A stretch of 47,699 nt of DNA from Candidatus Omnitrophota bacterium (GCA_013203315.1 JABMQJ010000024.1:1-47699), one strand, 5' to 3'; positions 1-9,855 are shown, numbered from the stretch's first letter. A program made the numbers and translations. The notes: generated by a model from the sequence alone, not told the origin.

Positions 1-88
1 ATATAGCTTACTACAATTTTTTGAAGAAGAAAGAGCTCCGTCGAAAGTGCAGAGCCGCCCTCACCAATACCCTCTCATTCCGTAAGGT

Positions 89-117
89 TGGGGAAGGGAA
101 TTACATCTCTTGCTTCT
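89..117. repeat. Right end of a MITE-like element, same family as 11870-12070
   Basis: TGGGGAAGGGAATTACATCTCTTGCTTCT matches 12042-12070 at 26/29 nt; the partner end would lie upstream of the window. Confidence 0.7.
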
Positions 118-159
118 TGTGCGGACGAACAGGGCGAAGCTACTTTCTTTAAATAACAT

Positions 160-188
160 TTGCATTAGTGAGGTGTTATAGTTATAAT
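160..188 (+). promoter_or_regulatory. sigma70-type promoter for the hinT operon, probably leaderless
   Basis: TTGCAT-17 nt-TATAAT; ATG 8 nt downstream with no SD. Confidence 0.65.
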
Positions 189-196
189 TATAACTA

Positions 197-541
197 ATGA
201 GCGACTGCATATTTTGCAAGATCGTAAGCGGTGAGATTAAAACTAATTTCGTTTATGAGGACAGTGATGTTGTCGCGTTCTATGATATTAAACCCGAAGC
301 GCCGGTCCATATAGTCCTCATACCGCGTGAACATATCGAGCGCATATCGAATATCAAAGAGAAGGATGCAGGGCTTGTCAGCAAGCTATTTCTTGCCGCG
401 ACAAAGTTGGCGCAAGAAAAGCATATTGAAACATCCGGTTATAGACTTGTTATTAATTGTAACAAAGATGCCGGACAAGCCGTCTTTCACTTGCATCTGC
501 ATCTTTTAGGTGGCAGAAAACTTACTTGGCCACCCGGATAA
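197..541 (+). CDS. hinT: Histidine triad nucleotide-binding protein
   Basis: DCIFCKI N-terminus, HLHLH triad, C-terminal WPPG. Confidence 0.95.
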   Translation: MSDCIFCKIVSGEIKTNFVYEDSDVVAFYDIKPEAPVHIVLIPREHIERISNIKEKDAGLVSKLFLAATKLAQEKHIETSGYRLVINCNKDAGQAVFHLHLHLLGGRKLTWPPG

Positions 542-551
542 AAGGGGGAAA

Positions 552-947
552 ATGATGTCAAAAAGAAAAGAAATTAATGAAAAAAGGGAATACTCGAGGG
601 TAAAAGACCAGGGCATATCCCTAAAGGTAAAGTCCGGCGATGTCGACATAATCACAAAGAGCCTCGACATAAGCGCCTCCGGCGTATATTGCAAAGTGGA
701 AAAAGAAATTCCTCTTTTGTCGCGAGTGAAGATTATTCTTATCATTCCTAAATTTAAAAAAAGTGAAGCAGGGGACGCTCCGCAAACCGTGAAAATTGAA
801 ACAGACGGTGTCGTAGTAAGGGAGCACCCTGTCATAGTCGGCGAAAAGGTCACGCACTACGATGTTGCGGTATTTTTCGACAATATTTCCGCAAAGGATC
901 GCGAAGCGCTTCTAGAATATATTGACAAAAAGAGCGGGCCTAAATAA
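552..947 (+). CDS. PilZ domain protein
   Basis: REYSR (RxxxR) and DISASG (D/NxSxxG); ATG at 552 after AAGGGG preferred over 510. Confidence 0.85.
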   Translation: MMSKRKEINEKREYSRVKDQGISLKVKSGDVDIITKSLDISASGVYCKVEKEIPLLSRVKIILIIPKFKKSEAGDAPQTVKIETDGVVVREHPVIVGEKVTHYDVAVFFDNISAKDREALLEYIDKKSGPK

Positions 948-1426
948 TGGTTCTCTTTTTCGAAGTCCTATGTATTTTTATTCTCGGCATGATTCTCGCA
1001 GCCGTTGTCTTCGATGAGTTGGGACAACGTGCAAAGCAAATGCGCCGGGTGCAAGTAAGCGGCTATTGGGATGGGAAAGAACGCCGGAGCGCTGAGCGCT
1101 TAAATATCACTTTTGAGGTAAAGTATTTTACTAACGGTAAAGGCCTGAACGCCAAGAGCATGGATGTATCCACAAGCGGCATCAGGCTTGTTTTGGACGA
1201 GAAAATTGTAAAGGGGACCCCTGTCAGGCTAGAACTAAAGATTCCCGATCAGACAAGGCCTATAAAAGCAAGGGGTGAGGTCATGTGGTCCGATGAAGCC
1301 AAGGACGCCGAAAAAACTTCCCCAAAACGCCTGTTCAATACGGGATTAAAATTTTACGCACTTCAGAAGGCAAACGAAAAAATATTATTTGATTTTATTG
1401 ACAGCCTGCGATCCCGAAAAGCTTAA
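947..1426 (+). CDS. Membrane-anchored PilZ domain protein
   Basis: N-terminal TM helix, RRSAER, DVSTSG. Confidence 0.85.
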   Translation: MVLFFEVLCIFILGMILAAVVFDELGQRAKQMRRVQVSGYWDGKERRSAERLNITFEVKYFTNGKGLNAKSMDVSTSGIRLVLDEKIVKGTPVRLELKIPDQTRPIKARGEVMWSDEAKDAEKTSPKRLFNTGLKFYALQKANEKILFDFIDSLRSRKA

Positions 1427-1428
1427 GA

Positions 1429-1992
1429 ATGGGCGAGCCCTTAAAGCATATCCAAGTAAAACTAATTATCGGTCTTATCTCCGGCCGCATGCGGCAATTT
1501 GACGCCCGAAGAAACGACCTTGAAGAAAGATTCGGAAGAATTGATGGCGAAACTCAGATTTTGGATTTTTCGTGCACAAGTTATTACGAAGGGGAGCTTG
1601 GTAGAAATTTAAAAAGAAAATTTTTCAGTTTTAAGAATTTAATTGATCCGGGTAAAAGTTATCGCATAAAATTGTATACGAATGAGCTCGAAAAAAAATA
1701 TTCCGAAAATAACTTCCGTGTCGTAAATATTGATCCCGGATATGTGTCACTGACGAAACTCGTGCTCTTTACTACAAAAAATCGCAGCCACCGCATTTAC
1801 CTGGACGAAGGAATATATGCCGACCAGGAGCTCATGTTCGAGAACAAAAGTTTTCGCCCGCTGGGCTGGGCTTTTACCGATTATCGGACAACGGAGTATA
1901 TTGATTTTTTTAATGCGGTAAGGGCAAAATATTTTAAACAAATAAAAGACGAGATTCATGTACCGCAAAAAAAAGAAAACTTCATATATTAA
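1429..1992 (+). CDS. DUF4416 family protein
   Basis: T.YYE.ELG, RVVNIDPGY and HRIYLDEGIYAD motifs. Confidence 0.8.
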   Translation: MGEPLKHIQVKLIIGLISGRMRQFDARRNDLEERFGRIDGETQILDFSCTSYYEGELGRNLKRKFFSFKNLIDPGKSYRIKLYTNELEKKYSENNFRVVNIDPGYVSLTKLVLFTTKNRSHRIYLDEGIYADQELMFENKSFRPLGWAFTDYRTTEYIDFFNAVRAKYFKQIKDEIHVPQKKENFIY

Positions 1993-2548
1993 AAATAGGA
2001 CCGCGCTTGTAATCGCGTTCTCATCGCTGATTATCTCTTCGGTATTAGCCCTTACAATCTTCGGATTTTATGCGTATCTGGGGTGGAAGGAAAAAGAGAT
2101 AAGAAGAAATTACAGGGTAGCCCTTTATGATCTCAACGCAAAAGCCTTTGAAAAATACGTGATCGTAAAGCTGGACGCCAAGTTTGATAACGAGGGTATT
2201 TTTAAGGGCAAGCCCATCGTCCGCGGCACCATCAAAAACACCTCTCGTAAAACAATATACTCCCTGCGCCTTAGAATTGCTTTCTACGACAAGGAGCACC
2301 GCACCGTATATGTTGACACGTTCTATCCGGTTGGCCTTGCACTTGAGTCGCTGATAAATGTTGTAGACATAAGAAAAACGACGAAAAATTTTTTACTGGA
2401 AGGGGACTCCATATCCTTTAAACACAGGCTCGAGAATTGCCCTCCGAAAGTGTTGGAATATTTAAAATCCAAGCGAAAATTTGCCGGCCTCGGCGCATCA
2501 GAGCCGCTTAAACTTGAATACAAAATTGTTGGACTTGACATAAGATGA
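1958..2548 (+). CDS. Hypothetical single-pass membrane protein
   Basis: One TM helix, then a beta-rich G.IKNTS domain; overlaps both neighbours. Confidence 0.7.
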   Translation: MYRKKKKTSYIKNRTALVIAFSSLIISSVLALTIFGFYAYLGWKEKEIRRNYRVALYDLNAKAFEKYVIVKLDAKFDNEGIFKGKPIVRGTIKNTSRKTIYSLRLRIAFYDKEHRTVYVDTFYPVGLALESLINVVDIRKTTKNFLLEGDSISFKHRLENCPPKVLEYLKSKRKFAGLGASEPLKLEYKIVGLDIR

Positions 2549-4242
2549 AAAATCTATACATAGTTTTTTCAATAACCATCGTACTCATAATATCCCTAAT
2601 AGTTTTCGCTTTTTTATTTTTTGAGAAAGAGAAGCACCAAAGCCACATTTACCTCGTAGAAGAGAGGGGACAGAAAATAGGGTACATAAAAGCAGACTAC
2701 TATAAAACAGAAAATAAAATCATTTATAAATCCACGCGCTTTTTCCCGAAAGAGCTCGATTACACGACGCAAACCGAGCGAATTCTTTTCAGCAAAGAAG
2801 GGTTTGAGCTGGAAAAATTCTTAAAAGAAAATATAAATTTCGGCGCGACAACAGATTCTGTATTCATCAAAAACATTGAGAAGGTTTTTGGTTTTCTTGC
2901 GGTAGCTGAATCAAAGCTCAGCACCATATCCGATATCACCCATGCCAAAGACATATCTGTTTTTAACGGCGAGTCCGTAGCAACATATGCGCCGTTTGTA
3001 GATAAGTACGATTTTTCGATCGGCGGGGCGCAATCTTTTAATGTCGTTTATTGCCCGCCCGGAAACCTTTTTGCGCCTGCAAGAGGGAAAATTATTTTTA
3101 GATCGATACGGGACGAATATATAAACGTGGGAGGAAAGAAGATTAAAACCGAGCACCTCAGGGTAACGGCGAAGGGCATTACTGAAAGAGGTATCTGGGT
3201 TTCAAAAAAAGACAGAAGCATCGTACGGCTCGAGATTAAAGGTAAGGACCTATTGATAAAAAAAGTTATGTCTTTGCCAAAAATTCTGATTAAGACCCCT
3301 ACCCGAGAAAGCGGTGATTACGAGTTGAGTGACGCGTTGTTCCCTTCGGGCGACATCGCGCTCGCCGGAACACTTACCGTTCCACAAAAAAAAGAAATTA
3401 TGCCGGCGGTCCTTCTTGTTGCCGGGGTAGGGCCCTACAATAGAGAGAATGCGGGATTGTATACCGATATGAGTGCGTGGCTTGCCCGGAATGGATATAT
3501 TACCCTACGCTTTGACAATAGAGGCATCGGGGATTCGCAGGGAAGCAATCGTTCCGTAGGCATAGACAATGAGGTGAAAGATGTCAAGAGTGGGTTGCGC
3601 TTTCTTATGAATCACGAAAAGGTAGACAAGGATAAACTTTTTATTATCGCGCACGGAGAAATATGCTCATTCCTGCCGCAAATCGATTTCACTGAACTTC
3701 CGGTAAAGGGGCTCGTAATGCTGGGGATTACAAAACCTATGCCGCTATTTGATTTCGAATCCATCGATACGCTGGATAAAATAAACGAGATGACAAAGAT
3801 TGAAATGGTATATCCTGAAACGCTAGCGTCATTAAAAAAAGATACCCTGGAAGCAGTAAAGGGCGCAAAGAAAGAATACATTACCTTGCAGGGAAGGCGG
3901 CCCTTTGTTAAGAGAGCGAGTCAACTCCTTTCACTTAAACCGCTCGAAGATTTTAAAAAACTAGATACTCCCTTACTGATAATCTGTGGAAAGAAAGATA
4001 GATTCGCCTCGCCGGCTTATATTGAAGGTGTTGAAGGAGCGCTGAAAGTTGCCGGATGCGAGTTTAGAGTCGTGTACTTTAGGGGGTTGGGACATTTCTT
4101 CGGCGAAATCTTAGATGAAGAAAACCAAAAAAAACACTACAAGGCAAATGAGGAAATGCTTGGGACTGTAAGTGATTGGCTTGACCATAGAAGCGAGGAT
4201 GATCTCGTGCCTACGCCGCCTTCTACCCAAAACCCGGAGTAA
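2545..4242 (+). CDS. Membrane-anchored alpha/beta-hydrolase-fold protein lacking the catalytic Ser
   Basis: LAGTLTVP, RFDNRGIGDS, GLGH motifs; nucleophile elbow reads AHGEI rather than GHSEG. Confidence 0.8.
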   Translation: MKNLYIVFSITIVLIISLIVFAFLFFEKEKHQSHIYLVEERGQKIGYIKADYYKTENKIIYKSTRFFPKELDYTTQTERILFSKEGFELEKFLKENINFGATTDSVFIKNIEKVFGFLAVAESKLSTISDITHAKDISVFNGESVATYAPFVDKYDFSIGGAQSFNVVYCPPGNLFAPARGKIIFRSIRDEYINVGGKKIKTEHLRVTAKGITERGIWVSKKDRSIVRLEIKGKDLLIKKVMSLPKILIKTPTRESGDYELSDALFPSGDIALAGTLTVPQKKEIMPAVLLVAGVGPYNRENAGLYTDMSAWLARNGYITLRFDNRGIGDSQGSNRSVGIDNEVKDVKSGLRFLMNHEKVDKDKLFIIAHGEICSFLPQIDFTELPVKGLVMLGITKPMPLFDFESIDTLDKINEMTKIEMVYPETLASLKKDTLEAVKGAKKEYITLQGRRPFVKRASQLLSLKPLEDFKKLDTPLLIICGKKDRFASPAYIEGVEGALKVAGCEFRVVYFRGLGHFFGEILDEENQKKHYKANEEMLGTVSDWLDHRSEDDLVPTPPSTQNPE

Positions 4243-4256
4243 ACTTCTCCGTTGGG

Positions 4257-4285
4257 TTGACAAAACACTGACTTTATGATACACT
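4257..4285 (+). promoter_or_regulatory. sigma70-type promoter
   Basis: TTGACA-17 nt-TACACT with extended TG. Confidence 0.65.
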
Positions 4286-4328
4286 TGTTTCGAAATTATA
4301 AAGAGTACTCATAAGAAAGGGGTGAAGA

Positions 4329-4676
4329 ATGAAGAAATTTATAGCAATTGGTTTGGTATTTTTGTTCATCGTAGGATTTTCAACTATTTTATTTGCCGAC
4401 GAAGGCACAGTTAGCACTACTCCATATAGACTCGCAATAGGGAATAAGGTAGCGCGGGGGCTTAAGAACGCGCTTTTAGGCTGGACTGAAATTCCTAAAA
4501 GAATGGTCGACATAACGAATGAGACCAACGATCCCGTATGGGGCGTTTTTGCCGGAACATTTCAGGGAACATTAAAAGCTATAGCAAGAACCGCTTCCGG
4601 CGTATCGGACGTAGTCACAGCTCCAATATCTCCCGAGAAACCGCCGCTCATTAGCCCTGATATAAACGTAGAATAG
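4329..4676 (+). CDS. Exosortase-system-associated-like secreted protein (TIGR04073-like)
   Basis: Signal peptide, then KVARGLKNALLGWTEIPK...RTASGVSDVVTAPI pattern. Confidence 0.7.
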   Translation: MKKFIAIGLVFLFIVGFSTILFADEGTVSTTPYRLAIGNKVARGLKNALLGWTEIPKRMVDITNETNDPVWGVFAGTFQGTLKAIARTASGVSDVVTAPISPEKPPLISPDINVE

Positions 4677-4696
4677 CGAAACTGAATTTTAAAGTT

Positions 4697-4740
4697 AAAT
4701 AAAGACAGGCTTTTTGCAAAAAGGGCCTGTCTTTATTTTT
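4697..4740. terminator. Bidirectional intrinsic terminator
   Basis: AAATAAAGACAGGC / GCCTGTCTTTATTT inverted repeat with A and T tails. Confidence 0.85.
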
Positions 4741-4756
4741 GCCTGCGCGCAGTCGC

Positions 4757-4785
4757 TTGACTATATGATATAATTATGATATACT
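4757..4785 (+). promoter_or_regulatory. sigma70-type promoter
   Basis: TTGACT-17 nt-TATACT with extended TG. Confidence 0.7.
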
Positions 4786-4807
4786 TTTTGATATTATTGG
4801 AGGCTAT

Positions 4808-5194
4808 ATGGCAAAAACGGGTCAGGAAAGACGAAAATACCTAAGGGTAGGGGCTCCTTTACGCGTAAGAGTAATAAGTAAAGATAATAACGTCTGTGAA
4901 ACTCAAACCAAGGATATTTCACCGCTTGGCTTGCGATTTGAGGTAAAAGGGTGTGATTTCGACGTAGACGACAGCATTGAACTTAAAATTGAGTTGCCGA
5001 AAGGCCTAAGCCCGGTTCACGCCAAAGCTAAGGCAGTGTGGAAAAGGAAAGCTACCACCGAAGATGCTTCGCCTCTTGATATAGGCTGCGAATTCACGAA
5101 AATCGAAGAAGATAACAAAAATACCTTTCTCAAATATTTCTGCGACCTTTTGTACGAACGCGGGAAAGGGAATAGTGAAAAAGGAGAAGAATAA
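4808..5194 (+). CDS. PilZ domain protein
   Basis: RRKYLR and DISPLG motifs; GGAGG SD. Confidence 0.85.
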   Translation: MAKTGQERRKYLRVGAPLRVRVISKDNNVCETQTKDISPLGLRFEVKGCDFDVDDSIELKIELPKGLSPVHAKAKAVWKRKATTEDASPLDIGCEFTKIEEDNKNTFLKYFCDLLYERGKGNSEKGEE

Positions 5195-5195
5195 C

Positions 5196-5537
5196 ATGAA
5201 TTCATTTAAACTAGTTTTAGCTCTTATATCAATCCTGTCTTTAACGGGCTGCGCAGATATAACTCTTCCGACGCCGAAAGAGATAATACAGCGCCCCATT
5301 GGCACCGACTCGGTAAAAATCGGGATGTCAAGGGATGAGGTAAAAGAAATATGGGGAGTGCCTGACCAGGTAAACCAGGTCGAAGACAAAGAGCTGTGGG
5401 GTGGCCAAAGGACTGAGTGGGTCTATCGCGGAAGGTATTCAGCGGTACCTGTTGATGCCGGTTTTCTCTCAAGGACAAAGAAATTGTATTTCGACGGTGA
5501 TAATCTAACGAACATCGTAGACGTAAAAGAAGAATAG
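5196..5537 (+). CDS. SmpA/BamE-like lipoprotein
   Basis: Lipobox LTG-C, KIGMSRDEVKEIWGVP, EWVY; ATG 5196 after AAGGAG. Confidence 0.7.
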   Translation: MNSFKLVLALISILSLTGCADITLPTPKEIIQRPIGTDSVKIGMSRDEVKEIWGVPDQVNQVEDKELWGGQRTEWVYRGRYSAVPVDAGFLSRTKKLYFDGDNLTNIVDVKEE

Positions 5538-5546
5538 GAAGGTAAC

Positions 5547-5900
5547 ATGCTCAGAATAATGTGCAAGTCCAAAATACACAGGGCGCGAATCACAAAAACA
5601 CTGCTAAATTACGAAGGTAGCATAGGCGTTGATAAGAAGATCCTGGAGGCAAGTAATATATATCCGAACGAAGTCGTGCAGGTCCTTAATGCCAATAACG
5701 GCTCGAGGTTTGAAACATACGTTATAGAAGAGAAAGAGTCCTCGGGTGAAATCGTCTTGTATGGCCCGGCAGCGCGTATGGGCCAGGTGGGCGATATTAT
5801 AATTATCATGTCAAAAGTACTGGCCGAAGCAAAAGAAATTCAGAATCTAAAAACAAAAGTAGTTCATGTTGACGAAAAGAATAGGATAGTAAAAAAGTAA
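5547..5900 (+). CDS. panD: Aspartate 1-decarboxylase
   Basis: KSKIHRA, YEG/SI cleavage site, NG.RFETY. Confidence 0.93.
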   Translation: MLRIMCKSKIHRARITKTLLNYEGSIGVDKKILEASNIYPNEVVQVLNANNGSRFETYVIEEKESSGEIVLYGPAARMGQVGDIIIIMSKVLAEAKEIQNLKTKVVHVDEKNRIVKK

Positions 5901-5902
5901 AA

Positions 5903-6388
5903 ATGCCTTCTTTAGAAATAAAAATATATCCTGACCCTGTATTGCGGAAAAAAGCCGCCCCCCTGCAATCAGTCGGCAATGAAGAGAGAGATCTCATGCG
6001 CTTCATGGCCGAGACAATGTATGCAGGCCGTGGGATCGGGCTTGCCGCGCCCCAGTTAGGCATCTCAAAAAGAATTATCGTAGCAGACGCGGGAGAGGGG
6101 TTAGTAAAAATGGTAAATCCGGAAATCACACAAGACAAGGAAATGGCCTCGCTTGAAGAGGGGTGCCTAAGCCTTCCCGGAAAATTCGTGGACATGCAAA
6201 GGGCCGAGAAAATTTCCGTATCATATATAGATGAAAACAATAACCGATGCGTAAAGAGTTTCAGCGGGTTAATCGCCCGGGTCATACAACACGAGGGCGA
6301 TCACTTAAACGGAAAGCTGATTATTGATTATTTACCCTGGTTTAAAAAGATGTTCCCAAAGAAGCGGGAAGCACCGTGCCTGCAATAA
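5903..6388 (+). CDS. def: Peptide deformylase
   Basis: GIGLAAPQ, EGCLS, QHEGDH. Confidence 0.95.
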   Translation: MPSLEIKIYPDPVLRKKAAPLQSVGNEERDLMRFMAETMYAGRGIGLAAPQLGISKRIIVADAGEGLVKMVNPEITQDKEMASLEEGCLSLPGKFVDMQRAEKISVSYIDENNNRCVKSFSGLIARVIQHEGDHLNGKLIIDYLPWFKKMFPKKREAPCLQ

Positions 6389-6401
6389 CCTTGAGGCCCA
6401 T

Positions 6402-6848
6402 ATGACAATAGAAGAAAAAATTGATAATGAATATAAGACGGCCCTGAAGGCCAAAGACGCCATCAAGGTTTCGACGCTACGAATGCTAAAGGCTGAGATC
6501 AATAATGTTAAATTGAATCAAAGTAAACTCGAATTGAAAGAGGCTGATATTATAAAAATTGTTCATCGCCAGATTAAGCAGCACAAGGATTCAATCGAAC
6601 AGTTTGAAAAAGGCAACCGAGCTGACCTTGCGGAAAAGGAAAAAAAGGAACTCGCGATTCTTTCGGACTACATGCCTGAACAGTTGTCCGAAGAAGAACT
6701 CAGAAAAATTATAACCGAAACAATTAAAGAATTAGAAGCTACGACCAAAAAGGATATGGGAAAGGTAATAAAGGCTGTGATGGAAAAGGCCAAGGGTAAG
6801 GCAGATGGTAAGACCGTAAGCCAGATCATATCACAGATGCTTGGCTAA
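6402..6848 (+). CDS. yqeY: GatB/YqeY domain protein
   Basis: STLRMLKAEI, SIEQF..GNR.DL, KDMGKV, ADGK; ATG at 6402. Confidence 0.9.
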   Translation: MTIEEKIDNEYKTALKAKDAIKVSTLRMLKAEINNVKLNQSKLELKEADIIKIVHRQIKQHKDSIEQFEKGNRADLAEKEKKELAILSDYMPEQLSEEELRKIITETIKELEATTKKDMGKVIKAVMEKAKGKADGKTVSQIISQMLG

Positions 6849-6866
6849 TCTAATGATAGGTGAATC

Positions 6867-7838
6867 ATGATAAATGTCCTTATACAGGAAAAGAATAAAG
6901 ACGCGGAGATTCTGAAAAACCCCGAAGACATTGTTTCTTACATCGATAAAAAAGATGTGCTTGTCTGGGTTGATATACAGAAACCTACCCAAAAAGACAT
7001 GCAGCTTTTGGAAAAACATTTCACGTTCCATCCGCTGGCCATCGAAGACTGCATGACAAGTATTCAGCGCCCAAAAATCGACAGATACGATAATTATCTT
7101 TTTATCGTCCTTCATGCCGCCACTCTCGGCACGCACAAGGATAAGGCCACCTCGCTTGAATTAGATAGTTTTGTAGGGCGAAACTATGTCGTAACCGTAC
7201 ACTTAAAAACCATACCCAGCGTATCATCAACATGGGAAAGGTGCATAAAAAATAGCGGTATTATGACACGCGGGGCCGCGTATCTTTTTTACTTTTTGGC
7301 TGACGCTTTGGTGGATAACTATTTCCCGATACTTGAGAAGCTGGATAAGGAAATACAAAAGGCTGAGGACGCGATCTTTAAAAACGCTGATACATTCGCG
7401 CTAAATAGAATTTTCGACCTTAAGGAAAACGTCCTGATATTGCGTCGAATCCTCGGCCCCCAAAGAGAGACCATGAATTTTATATCAAGAGGGGGCTACG
7501 ACCCAATCATCCCCGGTGACTTATCGATATATTTCCGTGACGTTTCGGACCTCCTTGCTAGAATTAACGATAACCTTGATACCTACAGGGATATGCTGGC
7601 AAGCGCGCTGGACGGCTACATGTCCGCAACATCTAATAAGCTAAACGAGATCATGAAGGTTCTCACGATTATTTGCACCATAATGATGCCGCTGACCCTC
7701 ATAACCGGTATCTACGGAATGAATTTTCGCTTTATGCCTGAGGTGCAGTGGCGTTACGGATATTTTGTTGTTATATCAGTGATGGCACTAATTGCTGCAG
7801 GAATGCTTTTATTTTTTAAAAATAAAAAGTGGCTTTAA
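6867..7838 (+). CDS. corA: Magnesium/cobalt transporter CorA
   Basis: FHPLAIED, QRPK, YGMNF, MPE, two C-terminal TM helices. Confidence 0.95.
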   Translation: MINVLIQEKNKDAEILKNPEDIVSYIDKKDVLVWVDIQKPTQKDMQLLEKHFTFHPLAIEDCMTSIQRPKIDRYDNYLFIVLHAATLGTHKDKATSLELDSFVGRNYVVTVHLKTIPSVSSTWERCIKNSGIMTRGAAYLFYFLADALVDNYFPILEKLDKEIQKAEDAIFKNADTFALNRIFDLKENVLILRRILGPQRETMNFISRGGYDPIIPGDLSIYFRDVSDLLARINDNLDTYRDMLASALDGYMSATSNKLNEIMKVLTIICTIMMPLTLITGIYGMNFRFMPEVQWRYGYFVVISVMALIAAGMLLFFKNKKWL

Positions 7839-7853
7839 AATAGTGACAAGAAG

Positions 7854-7903
7854 AGGGGCAACGACCATTTTTTATCGGCAAGTAAAAAATAGTTGTTGTC
7901 CTA
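7854..7903. repeat. REP-like intergenic hairpin
   Basis: AGGGGCAACGACCATTTTTTAT / GTAAAAAATAGTTGTTGTCCCT imperfect inverted repeat, with ends like the AGGGAC...GTCCCT family further on. Confidence 0.6.
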
Positions 7904-7920
7904 TTTTTTAGGAGGTCGTA

Positions 7921-8601
7921 ATGGGTAACTTCATTTTTGCGATTCCTGTCATACTTGTTATCGCGATATCTGTCTTGATAGTTAAAATCGCTACCGTGGC
8001 ACTCAGGATGACGGGGCTTGACGAAAAAAGGGCATATTTTCAGGCCCTCTCGGCGTTTACGGGAACGGGATTTACAACAAAAGACTCTGAGCTCGTATTC
8101 GAAGAAGATATCCGCAGGAAAATCATTATAATCCTGATGGTGCTGGGTAACGCGGGCCTTATCACGGTAATAACGACACTGGTAATATCGTTCGGCAGGG
8201 GCAATATGCTGCCTCTTGTGATAAATGCCGGTATCGTGCTGCTTTTGATATTCATCCTCTTTAAAGCCCTGACACACAGGGGCTTAACGAAATTCCTAAA
8301 TGACAAGATTGAATCGCGCCTCGAGAAAAGGGCGCCTTTCCAGAAACGTCCCGTCGAGGAAGTACTGCGCATAGCAAAAGATTACGGCATCGCGGAAGTA
8401 AACATAAAAGGGCAGTGCCAGGATTTAAATAAAACCCTGAGCGACTCTAGCTTCCGGGAAAACGATATACTGGTTCTTGCCATCGAAAGAAAAGAAGGCG
8501 TTATCCCGGCGCCAAAGGCAAGCGATAAAATCTCACTGGATGATACCCTGATTTGTTACGGCAGGTTATCGAGCATAGAAAAAATCCTTACGCAAAAATG
8601 A
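7921..8601 (+). CDS. Membrane protein with TrkA-C (RCK-C) domain
   Basis: AYFQALSAFTGTGFTT pore-like segment; C-terminal VLAIER...I..DDTLICYG. Confidence 0.85.
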   Translation: MGNFIFAIPVILVIAISVLIVKIATVALRMTGLDEKRAYFQALSAFTGTGFTTKDSELVFEEDIRRKIIIILMVLGNAGLITVITTLVISFGRGNMLPLVINAGIVLLLIFILFKALTHRGLTKFLNDKIESRLEKRAPFQKRPVEEVLRIAKDYGIAEVNIKGQCQDLNKTLSDSSFRENDILVLAIERKEGVIPAPKASDKISLDDTLICYGRLSSIEKILTQK

Positions 8602-9155
8602 GACTCCGAGACAGATGTTTTCTCATAATTTTGCTGGTTGTAATATTTTTATACATCGTACCGAGTTTTTTCATTCCGTTCATTTATAAAATAAAAGAAC
8701 CGTATTTTGCCATACCTATCGAATGTGACAGAGGGCTTAAGGCATCGGAAATCCTACCGATAAGGCATGATGCGTACGGGGACGGCGAGTTCGGCGCAAA
8801 AAGAAATAACGGCAGGCTGCATAAGGGATTGGACCTTACTGCCAAATTAAAGAGCCCTGTATGCGCCGCAAAGAGCGGGCGCGCAAGAAAGCGCTTTATT
8901 CCCGGCGGATACGGGAATCTCGTGACAATAACGCACCCCGGCGGATGGCAAACGCGTTACGGACATTTACATGAAAGTTCGATAAAGAATTCACAATGGG
9001 TGAAACGCGGCGAGATAATAGGCTCTGTCGGCAAGTCAGGAAATGCTAACGTAAACGGAATGCTGACGCATCTACATTTTGAAATAAGAGAAAAAGACAT
9101 ACCGCTTGACCCGGCAATTTTTTTAAGGGAGACCAAAAAGAATAATGGAGATTAG
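8598..9155 (+). CDS. M23 family metallopeptidase
   Basis: HKGLD, YGHL, HLHFE; N-terminal TM; ATG at 8598. Confidence 0.9.
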   Translation: MRLRDRCFLIILLVVIFLYIVPSFFIPFIYKIKEPYFAIPIECDRGLKASEILPIRHDAYGDGEFGAKRNNGRLHKGLDLTAKLKSPVCAAKSGRARKRFIPGGYGNLVTITHPGGWQTRYGHLHESSIKNSQWVKRGEIIGSVGKSGNANVNGMLTHLHFEIREKDIPLDPAIFLRETKKNNGD

Positions 9156-9855
9156 AAAAAGGTTTTATAGAAACATCGCCGTTCTCTACGTAGCCGGAAA
9201 GATTGACCTAAACGCGGCTGTATTTATTGAAGAAACCGGCCGACTTCTGCGGGAGGGCATACGCAAGATTTTATGCAACCTTGTAAACGTGGAAATGGTT
9301 GACTATAACGGCCTGTCAATCCTGGCCATCGCCTATAAAAATGCCGTAAACCAAAAAGGCGCGCTTAAATTCTGCAGTGTCCCGAAGCACATAAAAGCTC
9401 TTTTTAAATCTGCGCGATTGGATATTGTATTCGATGTCTTTCCCGATGAGGAAAGTGCGTTAAAAGGCTTTAACGTATCCACCAAAGTTGACAAGCTCAA
9501 GTTAAGGCGACGATTTAAGCGCATGGATGCAAACATTCCCGTGAAATTCAAAACAGGTCTCTCCGCGGGCACAAAGCTCCTTAGCGGAAAAATATTGAAT
9601 TTAAGCGGCGAGGGCATGTTTGTATATTCCAAAAATGCATTCCCCGTATCTACGCAACTGTACATGGAAATAGCTATGGCCGGCGAAAAAAAAGCGCTTA
9701 CGCTAATGGGCACGGTCATGTGGCAGGCTGATAAAGAACTACAGCCTCACGCATACCCCGGTATGGGTATAAAGTTCGGAAATCTTGACGAAAAATCCCA
9801 GCAAGATATAATCGCTTTTATCGACAAAAATGTAATAAGGCGAACCAGAACCTAA
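9145..9855 (+). CDS. STAS-PilZ fusion protein
   Basis: N-terminal anti-sigma-antagonist-like domain; C-terminal RRRFKR and NLSGEG. Confidence 0.8.
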   Translation: MEIRKRFYRNIAVLYVAGKIDLNAAVFIEETGRLLREGIRKILCNLVNVEMVDYNGLSILAIAYKNAVNQKGALKFCSVPKHIKALFKSARLDIVFDVFPDEESALKGFNVSTKVDKLKLRRRFKRMDANIPVKFKTGLSAGTKLLSGKILNLSGEGMFVYSKNAFPVSTQLYMEIAMAGEKKALTLMGTVMWQADKELQPHAYPGMGIKFGNLDEKSQQDIIAFIDKNVIRRTRT

